From assembly GCA_045639105.1 (NCBI GenBank), contig JAZUCJ010000022.1, positions 46,032 through 78,031 on the forward strand: a DNA stretch of 32,000 nt, in the 5' to 3' direction. Under the pieces are notes generated by a model, which saw nothing but the letters and a program-made list of their open reading frames with translations, made no database searches and was not told the DNA's origin. The DNA comes from Methanosphaera sp. Lineage in GTDB: Archaea; Methanobacteriota; Methanobacteria; Methanobacteriales; Methanobacteriaceae. Shown here piece by piece: positions 10,274-19,291 of this stretch. The position numbers and the translations under genes were made by a program. The stretch's first letter is position 1; every line of letters begins with the position of its first letter.

Positions 10274-10711
10274 TCAACATTCGTCTTTTGTATATTGCAT
10301 TATTATAGCATTTTCACCATCATTATAATAATCATCTTCTTCTTTAACTTTAACAAAGCCATGTTTCAAGTAAAAGTTAATGGCAGAAATGTTGGATTTT
10401 CTAACTTCCAAACCAATAACGTTAATGTTGTTTGAAAAAAAGATTTTTAATGTTTTTTCTAATAGTAATGATCCTACATGCATATTCCTATAATCTGAAT
10501 TTACTGCTATTGCAATGATGTGTCCTACGCCGTCTATTATCCAAAAGATAATATATCCTACCACGTGTCTGCCCATCTCTGCAACTGCAAAACCTGCTCC
10601 TTTTTGATGTAGTTCTATTAAAACATCTACAGGGTATGGGTCGGGAAATGCTTCATATTCAATTGCTAAAACATCATCTAAATCCGACAATCTAAAATCT
10701 CTAATAATCAT
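10274..10711 (-). CDS. rimI: GNAT N-acetyltransferase, RimI / N-alpha-acetyltransferase-like
   Basis: The ORF track extends to 10756. I prefer the start at MIIRDFRLSDLDDVLAIEYEAF. The acetyl-CoA motif region is IAVNSDYRNMHVGSLLL .. LEVRKSNISAINFYLKHGF. Confidence 0.8.
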   Translation of the reverse strand: MIIRDFRLSDLDDVLAIEYEAFPDPYPVDVLIELHQKGAGFAVAEMGRHVVGYIIFWIIDGVGHIIAIAVNSDYRNMHVGSLLLEKTLKIFFSNNINVIGLEVRKSNISAINFYLKHGFVKVKEEDDYYNDGENAIIMQYTKDEC

Positions 10712-11010
10712 AGTATGCACATTATTTATTGGTAAAATTGTATTTAAACTATACATTAATATATTAGAACATCAATTAATAATTTACTGATAAAAAACAT
10801 GAAAAAAACAGATTATACTTATTAAAAAGAAAATTATTATGATTAATAGTAATCATAAAAAACTGATGTAAACGGGATTAAACTAATTTTTAAGCATAGA
10901 TTATATGAATAAAGCTTTGTAATTTCAAACTAGAAAATCATAATTAGTAAGATGCATAAAGATACAATTATTACATAAATTAATATAAAAAAATTATAAA
11001 GTGAAAAAAC

Positions 11011-11421
11011 ATGAGCAGTATCTGGTCTAATTTTACTGAGTATATTATTGACAATTACCCTGACAGCAAAAAAATAGTTGAGGTGGGTGTTGGAAAAATT
11101 CTTGAACCAAGCACAATTCTTAAAGAAAAACTACCGAATACTGAGATAAAACTTGTAGACATCCATCCCTCTAATGAAAACATTATAAAAGATGATATAA
11201 CCAATCCAACAGACAATATTTATGAAAATGCTGATTTAATATATTCAATTAGACCACCGGAAGAATTACAAAAGGATATTGTTAATCTAGGATTAAAATA
11301 CAAAACAGACATTATAATTAAACCATTATTTACGGAAGAAATAAATTATAATCTTCAGACAAAACTAAATTTAGTAAACTATAAAAGAACTGCTTTTTAT
11401 TTATATAAAGAGAGTAGATAA
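11011..11421 (+). CDS. UPF0146-family protein (small Rossmann/methyltransferase-like, archaeal)
   Basis: 136 aa. KIVEVGVGKILEPSTILKEKLPNTEIKLVDIHP .. DLIYSIRPPEEL matches my recollection of the archaeal UPF0146 family. Its stop is 2 nt before the next gene. Confidence 0.6.
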   Translation: MSSIWSNFTEYIIDNYPDSKKIVEVGVGKILEPSTILKEKLPNTEIKLVDIHPSNENIIKDDITNPTDNIYENADLIYSIRPPEELQKDIVNLGLKYKTDIIIKPLFTEEINYNLQTKLNLVNYKRTAFYLYKESR

Positions 11422-11423
11422 AA

Positions 11424-13931
11424 ATGGAATGGGAAACAGAAAACACAGCTTCAGTTTTAAAACAATTAGATACCAGTAAAAATGGATTAACAACCATCGA
11501 AGCAGAAGAACGTTTGGCAAAATATGGTAAAAACACTTTGAAAGAGAAAAAGAAGGAAAGTGAATTAAAAAAATTTTTATCACAATTTACTGAACCATTA
11601 ACTATACTATTGATTATTGCGGGAATAATCTCTTTATTAATAAATGACTTTATTGATGCAGGAGTAATCTTTTTTGTCGTAATATTAAATGCCGTTCTAG
11701 GTTATAGGCAGGAAAATAAAGCACAAAATGCGATGGAAAAATTAAAATCAATGACGTCAAAAACAACGATTGTTCTCAGAGATTCTAAAAAAGAAGAGAT
11801 TGATGCGGAAAATTTAGTGCCCGGTGATATAGTAATACTTGAAGAAGGAGACACCATTCCCGCAGATTTACGACTTATTGAAACATATAACTTAAAAATT
11901 GATGAATCATCCATAACTGGAGAATCATTGCCCGTTAATAAAACGTCGGATATTGATAAGGAAAATAAGAACAGCAACATAGCATATATGAATACTGGAG
12001 TTTCCAATGGTAGAGCCAAAGCAACGGTAATTCAAACAGGTATGAATACTCAGATGGGTAAAATAGCTTCAATGATCCAGGAGGAAAACAAAGATAAAAC
12101 ACCTTTAGAAATTAAAATTGAAACCCTGAGCAAAACATTAAGCATATTTTCGGTTATAATCTGTATTTTAATATTTGTTCTGGAAACAATTCAGGGAATA
12201 CCTGTGGCAAATACTTTCATGACCGCAGTATCATTGGCTGTTGCTGCCATCCCGGAAGGTTTACCTGCAATATTAACATTAACCTTAGCGCTGGGAATGC
12301 AAAAGATGGCAGGTAACAAGGCAATTATTCGAAAGTTACTGGCCGTGGAAACATTAGGTTCATGTTCAGTAATATGTACCGATAAAACGGGTACCCTGAC
12401 ACTCAATAAATTAACTGTTACCAACCACTTTATTTCAGACCCCAATATGACAAAGATTATAGGCCAGTTATGTAACAATGCAAAGATTTCATCCGATAAA
12501 AAAATCGGTGATGCAACAGACATTTCCATACTGGAATATTCCTTGGAGGATATGGAGAACCTGGATTATGAGAGACTTCACGAAATTCCTCTAAGCAGTT
12601 CCAGAAAAAGGATGACAACAATTAACAAAATTGATTCACAGGAGTATGTTCTTGTAAAGGGTGCTCCTGAAATATTGTTGAACAAGTGTAAGTTCATAAG
12701 CTTTGATGGAGAAATTAAAGTATTGGACGAGGATACAAAAAAATCCATCAATGACAAGGTTATTGAATTTACAAACGATGCCTTACGGGTAATTATGTTT
12801 GCATATAAAAAAGTGGATGATTATACAAACTATTCTATAAAGGAAATAGAGGAAGATCTTGTTTACACGGGAATTGTTGGAATGATGGACCCTCCTAGAG
12901 AAGGTGTTAAGGAATCAATTGAAATGTGTAAAAATGCCGGAATTACTGTGAAAATGATTACTGGTGACCATAAAAATACTGCTTCATCAATTGCAAAATT
13001 GGTGGGTATCTCCAATGCAGAAAATACCCTTACCGGAAAAGAAATGGAGTCCATGAGTGAATCCGAACTTAAGGATGCTGTAAATAAAATTAATGTATTT
13101 GCAAGGGTTTTTCCCGAACAAAAACTGAAAATTGTTAAGGCATTGAAAGAAAACGATGAAATCGTTTCAATGACGGGTGATGGTGTTAATGATGCGCCTG
13201 CACTTACTGCAGCAAATATTGGGGTAAGTATGGGTTCGGGTACTGATGTTGCTAAAGAATCAAGTGACATGATTCTTGAAGATGATAACTTCTCAACAAT
13301 AATATATGCTGTTAAGGAAGGAAGAACCATCTATTCCAACATTAAACGTTTCATTAAATTCCAGTTATCCACAAATATTGCTGCAATACTGACTATACTT
13401 GCTTCATCAATTATGGTATTGCCACTGCCTTTTAATCCCGTGCAGTTGTTATGGATAAATATCATTATGGACGGTCCGCCGGCACAATCATTGGGTGTGG
13501 AAGCATCGGACAGGAATATTATGAACGTTGAACCTAGTGATGAGAACATTTTATCCATGGCCAATTTATTACACATTACTGTAATTGGAATTGTTATGGC
13601 CGTTGGTACATTGGGTTTATATGTTTATGAATTAAATACTGGATCGTCACAATTGTTGGCAAGCAGCTGTGCATTCACGGTATTTGTTATGTATCAATTG
13701 TTCAATGTGTTTAATTGCAGATCAAAGAGTGATGAAAGAAACAAAACATTAATAATTGCAGTTTTGGCTTCATTGATTCTGCAGTTATGTGCAATATATG
13801 TTCCGTTTTTACAAAATATATTCCATACGACTGCCATTCCATTAACTTCATGGATACCAATCGTCATAGTAGCATTGACCATATTTGTCGCAGAACAAAT
13901 TGTTAGAAGATTCGAAAATGCTATTATATAA
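11424..13931 (+). CDS. P-type cation-transporting ATPase (P2-type, Ca2+-ATPase-like)
   Basis: 835 aa with TGES (ITGESLPV), the phosphorylation site ICTDKTGTLT, KGAPE, MITGDHKNTA and the TGDGVNDAPAL hinge. It has multiple C-terminal TM segments. Confidence 0.92.
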   Translation: MEWETENTASVLKQLDTSKNGLTTIEAEERLAKYGKNTLKEKKKESELKKFLSQFTEPLTILLIIAGIISLLINDFIDAGVIFFVVILNAVLGYRQENKAQNAMEKLKSMTSKTTIVLRDSKKEEIDAENLVPGDIVILEEGDTIPADLRLIETYNLKIDESSITGESLPVNKTSDIDKENKNSNIAYMNTGVSNGRAKATVIQTGMNTQMGKIASMIQEENKDKTPLEIKIETLSKTLSIFSVIICILIFVLETIQGIPVANTFMTAVSLAVAAIPEGLPAILTLTLALGMQKMAGNKAIIRKLLAVETLGSCSVICTDKTGTLTLNKLTVTNHFISDPNMTKIIGQLCNNAKISSDKKIGDATDISILEYSLEDMENLDYERLHEIPLSSSRKRMTTINKIDSQEYVLVKGAPEILLNKCKFISFDGEIKVLDEDTKKSINDKVIEFTNDALRVIMFAYKKVDDYTNYSIKEIEEDLVYTGIVGMMDPPREGVKESIEMCKNAGITVKMITGDHKNTASSIAKLVGISNAENTLTGKEMESMSESELKDAVNKINVFARVFPEQKLKIVKALKENDEIVSMTGDGVNDAPALTAANIGVSMGSGTDVAKESSDMILEDDNFSTIIYAVKEGRTIYSNIKRFIKFQLSTNIAAILTILASSIMVLPLPFNPVQLLWINIIMDGPPAQSLGVEASDRNIMNVEPSDENILSMANLLHITVIGIVMAVGTLGLYVYELNTGSSQLLASSCAFTVFVMYQLFNVFNCRSKSDERNKTLIIAVLASLILQLCAIYVPFLQNIFHTTAIPLTSWIPIVIVALTIFVAEQIVRRFENAII

Positions 13932-13939
13932 CCTTCTTA

Positions 13940-13949
13940 TTTTTTTTTT
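13940..13949 (+). terminator. Oligo-T (T10) putative terminator after the ATPase gene
   Basis: A T10 run begins 9 nt after the TAA at 13929-13931. Confidence 0.5.
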
Positions 13950-14053
13950 GCATAATCTTATTCCTGATTTTCATTTTGTATTTCAAAAATAGTATTAATC
14001 ATTTATTATAAAATTAATGTTAGATAGAATCATAATTATTTGGAGGAAATTAA

Positions 14054-14830
14054 ATGAGATATATTGTGATGTCTGGTACATCTGATGCAACGAAGGTTAT
14101 TGAATTTTTAAGTCAGGATGAAAATAATTACATTTTAGCAACAACAGTCACCGATTATGGTGGAAAGATTGCCGAATCTGCTGGTGCAACTGAAGTAATT
14201 ACGCATGCATTGAAAGAGGAAGATTTTATTGAATTGATTAAGGAAAAAAATATTGATACATTAATTGATGCTACACATCCCTTTGCGGCAGTGGCCACTG
14301 AAACTGCTATTGAAAGTAGTGAAAAAGCCGGAATAAACTATATCAGGTATGAAAGAGCTTCAACTGTTCTTCCAGAATCAGATTTGATACATAATGTTGA
14401 ATCTTTTGAGGAAGGTGCCGTTAAATCTAAAGAATTGGTTGAAAATAGTGATGGAAAATTAATGCATCTTGCCGGAGTGTTGAATTTAAGTAAAATTACA
14501 GAAGTTGTCGGTCCAGAAAAAGTTGTTCCACGTGTTCTTCCAAATAATTTTAGCATTACAAAAACTCATGATACGGGAGTTCCTGCAGAAAATATTATTG
14601 CCATGCAAGGAACGTATTCCAAGGAATTTAATATGGCACTTATGAAAGAGTACAACATTTCTGCAATTATCACCAAAGAAAGTGGTGAAAGTGGTGGAGC
14701 CGAAAATAAGATTAATGCCGCTTTAGAGCTGGAGATTCCTGTTGTTTTAATTAGAAGACCTAAAGTTGAAAAATTAGCTAATCATGTTATGGTTAGATCT
14801 ATTGAAAATCTTAAAGAAATAATTGGATAA
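14054..14830 (+). CDS. cbiJ: Cobalt-precorrin-6A reductase
   Basis: 258 aa with the CobK/CbiJ pattern: N-terminal SGTSDA, then IDATHPFA and ITKESGESGG. GGAGG lies 8 nt upstream of the ATG. Confidence 0.85.
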   Translation: MRYIVMSGTSDATKVIEFLSQDENNYILATTVTDYGGKIAESAGATEVITHALKEEDFIELIKEKNIDTLIDATHPFAAVATETAIESSEKAGINYIRYERASTVLPESDLIHNVESFEEGAVKSKELVENSDGKLMHLAGVLNLSKITEVVGPEKVVPRVLPNNFSITKTHDTGVPAENIIAMQGTYSKEFNMALMKEYNISAIITKESGESGGAENKINAALELEIPVVLIRRPKVEKLANHVMVRSIENLKEIIG

Positions 14831-14866
14831 TATAATTATTTATAAAAAGAATTGGGGTTTATGTAA

Positions 14867-14931
<65 letters not shown>

Positions 14932-14963
14932 TTTTTTATTAAAAAAGAGGTAGGAAGGTGTAT

Positions 14964-16187
14964 CTAATTATACATTACTCCTGCTTCTTTTTCGTTTGTA
15001 TTTTTGTTTTTGTTTAGAACTTTGTCAAGTGCATCTTCAAAGTTTTGTGCTGATACGCTGTAATTATCTTCACGTATTGCAAACATACCTGCTTCGGTAC
15101 ATATTGATTTTAAATCTGCTCCTGATGCATTTTTAGCGTTTGCTGCTATGCTGGCTAAGTCCACGTCAGGGTCTAATGTCATGTTTTTGGTATGTATTTT
15201 AAGAATTTCCAGTTTACCTTCTTCATCAGGTACAGGTACTTCTATAATTCTATCAAACCTTCCAGGACGTATTAATGCTGGGTCTAATATGTCCGGCCTG
15301 TTTGTAGCTGCTATGATACCGACATTTCCTCTTGATTCAAAACCATCCATTTCTGCTAATAGTTGCATGAGTGTTCTTTGTACTTCTCTGTCACCACTAG
15401 TTGAACCTTGTAATCTTTTTGCTGCTATTGCATCTATTTCATCTATAAATATTATTGCAGGAGATTTTTCTTTTGCTAATTCAAATACTCCACGTACTAA
15501 ACGTGAACCTTCTCCAATATATTTTTTTACGAATTCTGATGCTACAATTTTTATGAAAGTTGCGTTTGTTTCATGTGCTACTGCTTTTGCAAGTAAAGTT
15601 TTACCCGTTCCTGGCGGTCCATAGAAGAGTACTCCCTTAGGTGGTGTAATTCCCACTTTTTCAAAGATTGTAGGATTTTTAAGTGGAAGTTCTACTGTTT
15701 CAATTGTTTCTCTTATTTGATCTTTAAGTCCACCTATTTTGTCATATGATATGTCGGGTGCTTCCTCTATTTCCATTCCTGATACTAATGGATCTTTTTC
15801 TGATGTTAATATGTCAACAATACTGAATGTTTGTTGGTTTAAAGCTACCCTTGAACCTATTTCAACCCTATCTGCATCCTTATCAGCATATTTTAATAAG
15901 AATGAAGGACCGGTAGTGCTTTTGACTACTACCTGGTTATCATCCAATATTTCAGATATGGTTGCTAATACTAATGGAGGTGTTCTAAATCGACTAATTT
16001 CACTTTTTAATGATTTTACTTCACGATCTAACCTTAAGTTTTCATTTTCTAGCAATACTTTGTCTTTTTCTAATTTTCTTACTTCCCAGGTTAAATTTCG
16101 TTCAATAGTCTCATGTTTATCCAATAAGTTTGATAATTCTAAATCTTTTTCATCTTGGACATTTGTTTCAAAGTCTGGTTCTTGCAT
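14964..16187 (-). CDS. pan: Proteasome-activating nucleotidase (AAA+ ATPase)
   Basis: 407 aa with an N-terminal coiled coil. It has Walker A GPPGTGKT, Walker B IIFIDEID, the second region of homology ([19 protein letters not shown]) and a C-terminal Hb-Y-X tail (MYN). Confidence 0.95.
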   Translation of the reverse strand: MQEPDFETNVQDEKDLELSNLLDKHETIERNLTWEVRKLEKDKVLLENENLRLDREVKSLKSEISRFRTPPLVLATISEILDDNQVVVKSTTGPSFLLKYADKDADRVEIGSRVALNQQTFSIVDILTSEKDPLVSGMEIEEAPDISYDKIGGLKDQIRETIETVELPLKNPTIFEKVGITPPKGVLFYGPPGTGKTLLAKAVAHETNATFIKIVASEFVKKYIGEGSRLVRGVFELAKEKSPAIIFIDEIDAIAAKRLQGSTSGDREVQRTLMQLLAEMDGFESRGNVGIIAATNRPDILDPALIRPGRFDRIIEVPVPDEEGKLEILKIHTKNMTLDPDVDLASIAANAKNASGADLKSICTEAGMFAIREDNYSVSAQNFEDALDKVLNKNKNTNEKEAGVMYN

Positions 16188-16407
16188 CTGTTGCCCTCCT
16201 TCAAATTTTAATTTTTAATTAGACTTATGTAATTTTTTTTCTAACTTTTTGTTTTTTTAATAAAATTTTTTCTACATCATTATCTTTAGAAATCATCATT
16301 ATTAAAGTATTTGCAAAAAATATTTTCAATCAAGACTTTATTATCAAAAAAGATATTTTATCCAAAAAACAGAACAATATATATAACAAATCTATTAAGT
16401 GAATAAA

Positions 16408-16917
16408 ATGAACTGTGAAATATGTGGAAGCGAAATAAAAGGAGAACCTTATAAAACTAAAATTGATAATTCTGTTATGGTGACTTGTAAAGAATGTTCT
16501 AGATATGGTAAAGTTCAAAGCAAACCTCAACCAGTAAATAAAAGAGCACCTAAAGGAAAAAACAGTAACAATAACAGAAACTACAACAACAAACCTAGAA
16601 ATCAAGCTTATACACGAAAAACTAAAGAAGAAGAATATGAATTAGTGGAAGACTATGCAAAAATTATCAGACAAAAACGTGAAATAAGAGGTCTTACACA
16701 AAAGCAACTTGGAGAAAAAATCTACGAAAAAGAATCAGTTTTACATAAAATCGAAAACGGTAAAATGGTTCCTGACGAAAAAATCGCTAAAAAACTAGAA
16801 AAAATCTTAAACATACAAATTATTGAAAAAGTAGAAGGCGATGAAAGAGAATTCCAAGATGCCAGACAATATAAAGAAGCAACTATCGGTGATATTGCTC
16901 GAATAAAAAGAAAATAA
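16408..16917 (+). CDS. Archaeal multiprotein-bridging-factor-1 family protein (Zn-ribbon + HTH)
   Basis: The ORF track starts at GTG 16399. The ATG at 16408 gives MNCEICG..CKECSRYG (a CxxC..CxxC ribbon) followed by a Cro/C1-type HTH (LTQKQLGEKIYEKESVLHKIENGK). Confidence 0.85.
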   Translation: MNCEICGSEIKGEPYKTKIDNSVMVTCKECSRYGKVQSKPQPVNKRAPKGKNSNNNRNYNNKPRNQAYTRKTKEEEYELVEDYAKIIRQKREIRGLTQKQLGEKIYEKESVLHKIENGKMVPDEKIAKKLEKILNIQIIEKVEGDEREFQDARQYKEATIGDIARIKRK

Positions 16918-16928
16918 AATAATATAAA

Positions 16929-17300
16929 CTATTTTTTTCTCTTTTCTTTATTCTTTTTAGATGAATAATAACCATCAAATACTCTTGCCTTATTAAATTC
17001 CCTGAGTAAACCTTCATATTCCGGATATTCTTCACTAATTACGATAACATGTGCCGGAGGATGAGTTTTTTTAATATTAATTATACTAATAGTAGTATCT
17101 TCTTTTACTTGAACTAAAACCGGAACTTTAATATCATCACGTGGTTTTTGTTTAATGACTCTTTTTGTTACATCATACACTTTATCCTGTGAGACTATTT
17201 TAGGTTTTCCCACAATATTTAATTTTGCGTGTCTTTCCAGATCAGCTAAAACATTTAAAGCCTTCTTATTATTCATTGCCCTTATTAAAATTAATGCCAT
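16929..17300 (-). CDS. Hypothetical protein with a Lys-rich C-terminal tail
   Basis: 123-aa ORF with an ATG start, 46 nt downstream of the 422-aa gene on the same strand. The tail is SSKKNKEKRKK. I recognise no family. Confidence 0.5.
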   Translation of the reverse strand: MALILIRAMNNKKALNVLADLERHAKLNIVGKPKIVSQDKVYDVTKRVIKQKPRDDIKVPVLVQVKEDTTISIINIKKTHPPAHVIVISEEYPEYEGLLREFNKARVFDGYYSSKKNKEKRKK

Positions 17301-17346
17301 AAATAAACTCCTAAAAAATAATAATTAAAAAAAAAAGAATAGAAGA

Positions 17347-18612
17347 CTATCGTCTTCTAAAGAAAGATTTGATTAATGTACTTCTAAATAATGCTAACAA
17401 TATTAACAATATTCCTATAATGGTTTGAATATTTCCCAATACATCAAATATTTGTGAATTTATAGGTAAATTCCATGTTGGTGCCGTTCTACCATTAGGT
17501 GCCGGTGAGAAATATACCCCTACAGCTTTAATGTTTTCCTTAACATTTAAATCTGATGTATCTATATGTTCAACACCAACCAAAGTACCACTATCAATTG
17601 CCCTATTAATTGATCTTGCTATTTTAACCGGATCATAACCGTTTCTAGATACTGATGCAGATACTATGTCGGCGGTTGCTTCTGACAAACCTTTTTTATC
17701 TGAACCGTATACGGAAACAGATGGATGATCACCAGAGACCGTGATAGCATTTTTAAGTGCATCATAAGCATATATTGTAGTTAATGGACTTCCATCTACC
17801 GGGGAAACTTGATAATTATTAGCTTCAGGGAAACCAATACTCCAGCCAGAACTACTTACTTTACTGTATGGCTTATCCATTTCATATCCTACATCGTTTA
17901 ATTGTTCCGGAGTAAACATATCTCCCGTAGTTACACCAGAAATTAAGTTAACTGCACCCCCACCGTGGTTTTCACCGGAATCTTTTGCAACTTCTTCAAA
18001 AGCCTTTGCCACAATGGTTGTTGCTGGATAACCATCCCTGATCATTTTACCAATATTCATAGCTGTTTGTAATCTTACTCTATCAGCCGTTCCTGCTTTA
18101 GGGTTTCCTTCAGAATTACGAAGGTGAATAATTGCACCTCTTGTTCCTGGAGGTACTGATACAACACCACCTGCTGCAGGCTGAATTCTGATTGTACTGC
18201 TGTTGTCAACTGTAATTACGTATACTTGGAAATCTCCTCCAACCGAAATTCCTTGTGTCGGATTTACGGCCATTAAACGTATACCTTCAAAGTTTTGTGC
18301 AACACCCACTATCTGTTGAAGTGAAGAATTTGCTTGAAGTTGCGTTAATGCCGTGATAATTGCGGCTATACGAACATCCGAAGTACCTTCACCCCCTGAA
18401 AGCAGGGCTGTCTTATGTTCTTGAGAAAATATAAATGTTGACTGGAACATGTTTGATGCAAAGGACTGGCTTCCTGCAGCACAACCGTTTGGATCTTTTC
18501 CAGAAGGATCGGTAATTACTGCAACGTTCATTGTTGCTGAAGCTACGGATGATAGTAATATGACAATTAAGAAGAACATTGATATTTTTGCAAATTTTGA
18601 ATGTCTATTCAT
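17347..18612 (-). CDS. Uncharacterised exported protein with a cleavable signal peptide and a C-terminal TM anchor
   Basis: The ORF track starts at TTG 18615. The ATG at 18612 is preceded by GGTGAT. It has an N-terminal signal (FFLIVILLSSVASA|T) and a large Gly/Ala/Ser/Thr/Val-rich ectodomain. The C-terminal TIIGILLILLALF helix is followed by the basic tail KSFFRRR. Confidence 0.7.
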   Translation of the reverse strand: MNRHSKFAKISMFFLIVILLSSVASATMNVAVITDPSGKDPNGCAAGSQSFASNMFQSTFIFSQEHKTALLSGGEGTSDVRIAAIITALTQLQANSSLQQIVGVAQNFEGIRLMAVNPTQGISVGGDFQVYVITVDNSSTIRIQPAAGGVVSVPPGTRGAIIHLRNSEGNPKAGTADRVRLQTAMNIGKMIRDGYPATTIVAKAFEEVAKDSGENHGGGAVNLISGVTTGDMFTPEQLNDVGYEMDKPYSKVSSSGWSIGFPEANNYQVSPVDGSPLTTIYAYDALKNAITVSGDHPSVSVYGSDKKGLSEATADIVSASVSRNGYDPVKIARSINRAIDSGTLVGVEHIDTSDLNVKENIKAVGVYFSPAPNGRTAPTWNLPINSQIFDVLGNIQTIIGILLILLALFRSTLIKSFFRRR

Positions 18613-18625
18613 CAAATCACCATCA

Positions 18626-19099
18626 TCATGTTTCTACATTTGCAGCAGCTGAATGTGTTGCTGTCGTATTATCAATAGTGTTAACTTTAATTACTGAAAA
18701 GTCTTCAACTACGTTTACTATTACGTTTCCTGTGTTTGAATCTACTTGAACATCAACAACATTTATTGGAGCAATGGATGTTCCAGGAATTGTTGATCGT
18801 TTAACTAATTGTTCCGCGTTTTTAATCGCATCTGAAAGCAACAACTGTCGTTGTGAAGTTATCAAAGTGTTTCCTTTAATATAACTGCCATCCCTAAATC
18901 CTGCTGCTTCCACGTTTGTCTTTATTGAAGAGAGAGGTACTATATCATTTCCTTTTATCATGACACCTGCAATAGGAACACCATCCTCTACATTATCAGA
19001 TGATGCAAATGCAACATAAGTCATTGCACGACCAGATAATATTAAAACAAATGCTAAAATCAAAATGATTAAAGTATCTCGTCTAACTTTTATAAACAA
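18626..19099 (-). CDS. Uncharacterised small exported or signal-anchored protein
   Basis: 157 aa. The TTG start is preceded by GGGTGA 4 nt upstream, and the first in-frame ATG would delete the hydrophobic segment. The N-terminus RRDTLIILILAFVLILSG..YVAFA|SS is signal-peptide-like. Its stop is 13 nt before the next gene's ATG. Confidence 0.6.
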   Translation of the reverse strand: MFIKVRRDTLIILILAFVLILSGRAMTYVAFASSDNVEDGVPIAGVMIKGNDIVPLSSIKTNVEAAGFRDGSYIKGNTLITSQRQLLLSDAIKNAEQLVKRSTIPGTSIAPINVVDVQVDSNTGNVIVNVVEDFSVIKVNTIDNTTATHSAAANVET

Positions 19100-19260
19100 T
19101 ATTTCACCCCTATTAAAGCATAGATAAAAAAAATAAGATATAACTACATTTTTTTTAATTTAACCACACTTTGTTTATAGTAAGATAATTTATTAAATAA
19201 TAGTTATATTTTTTATTTTATAAGTAGATAATGCAAAAATATGCAAATAATTTTACTATG

Positions 19261-19270
19261 AAAAAAAAAA
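19261..19270 (-). terminator. Oligo-T (T10 on the minus strand) putative terminator after the second Mur-ligase pair
   Basis: An A10 run on the plus strand (T10 on the coding strand) lies 21 nt downstream of the TAA at 19292-19294. Confidence 0.5.
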
Positions 19271-19291
19271 TGAAAGGATAATTAATGATAT

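Noticed and set aside
10196-10435. 79-aa plus-strand ORF with a TTG start, and the analogous 16330-16605 minus-strand ORF
   Set aside because: Both begin in AT-rich intergenic DNA and run antisense into real genes (the GNAT gene and mbf1). The translations are Ile/Phe/Asn low-complexity.
13932-14053. Possible cobalamin riboswitch upstream of cbiJ
   Set aside because: The region is only 122 nt and almost pure A/T, with no GC-rich helices or B12-box-like core. Cobalamin riboswitches are also not an established archaeal feature.
15148-16218. Two long plus-strand ORFs (158 and 159 aa) antisense to pan
   Set aside because: Their translations are low-complexity and Ser/Thr/Ile-rich, with no recognisable motif or SD. 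The opposite strand encodes an unmistakable PAN AAA+ ATPase. These are mirror-frame artefacts of codon bias.
16280-16312. Two ATGATG(A) C-box-like motifs on the minus strand in the pan/mbf1 divergent promoter region
   Set aside because: No CUGA D or D' boxes at 12-nt spacing and no terminal stem, so this is not a C/D sRNA.
17347-17430. C-terminal TM helix plus basic tail of the 422-aa protein as a PGF-CTERM/archaeosortase sorting signal
   Set aside because: No PGF (or similar) tripeptide precedes the helix and there is no Thr/Ser-rich linker. It is treated as a plain tail anchor.
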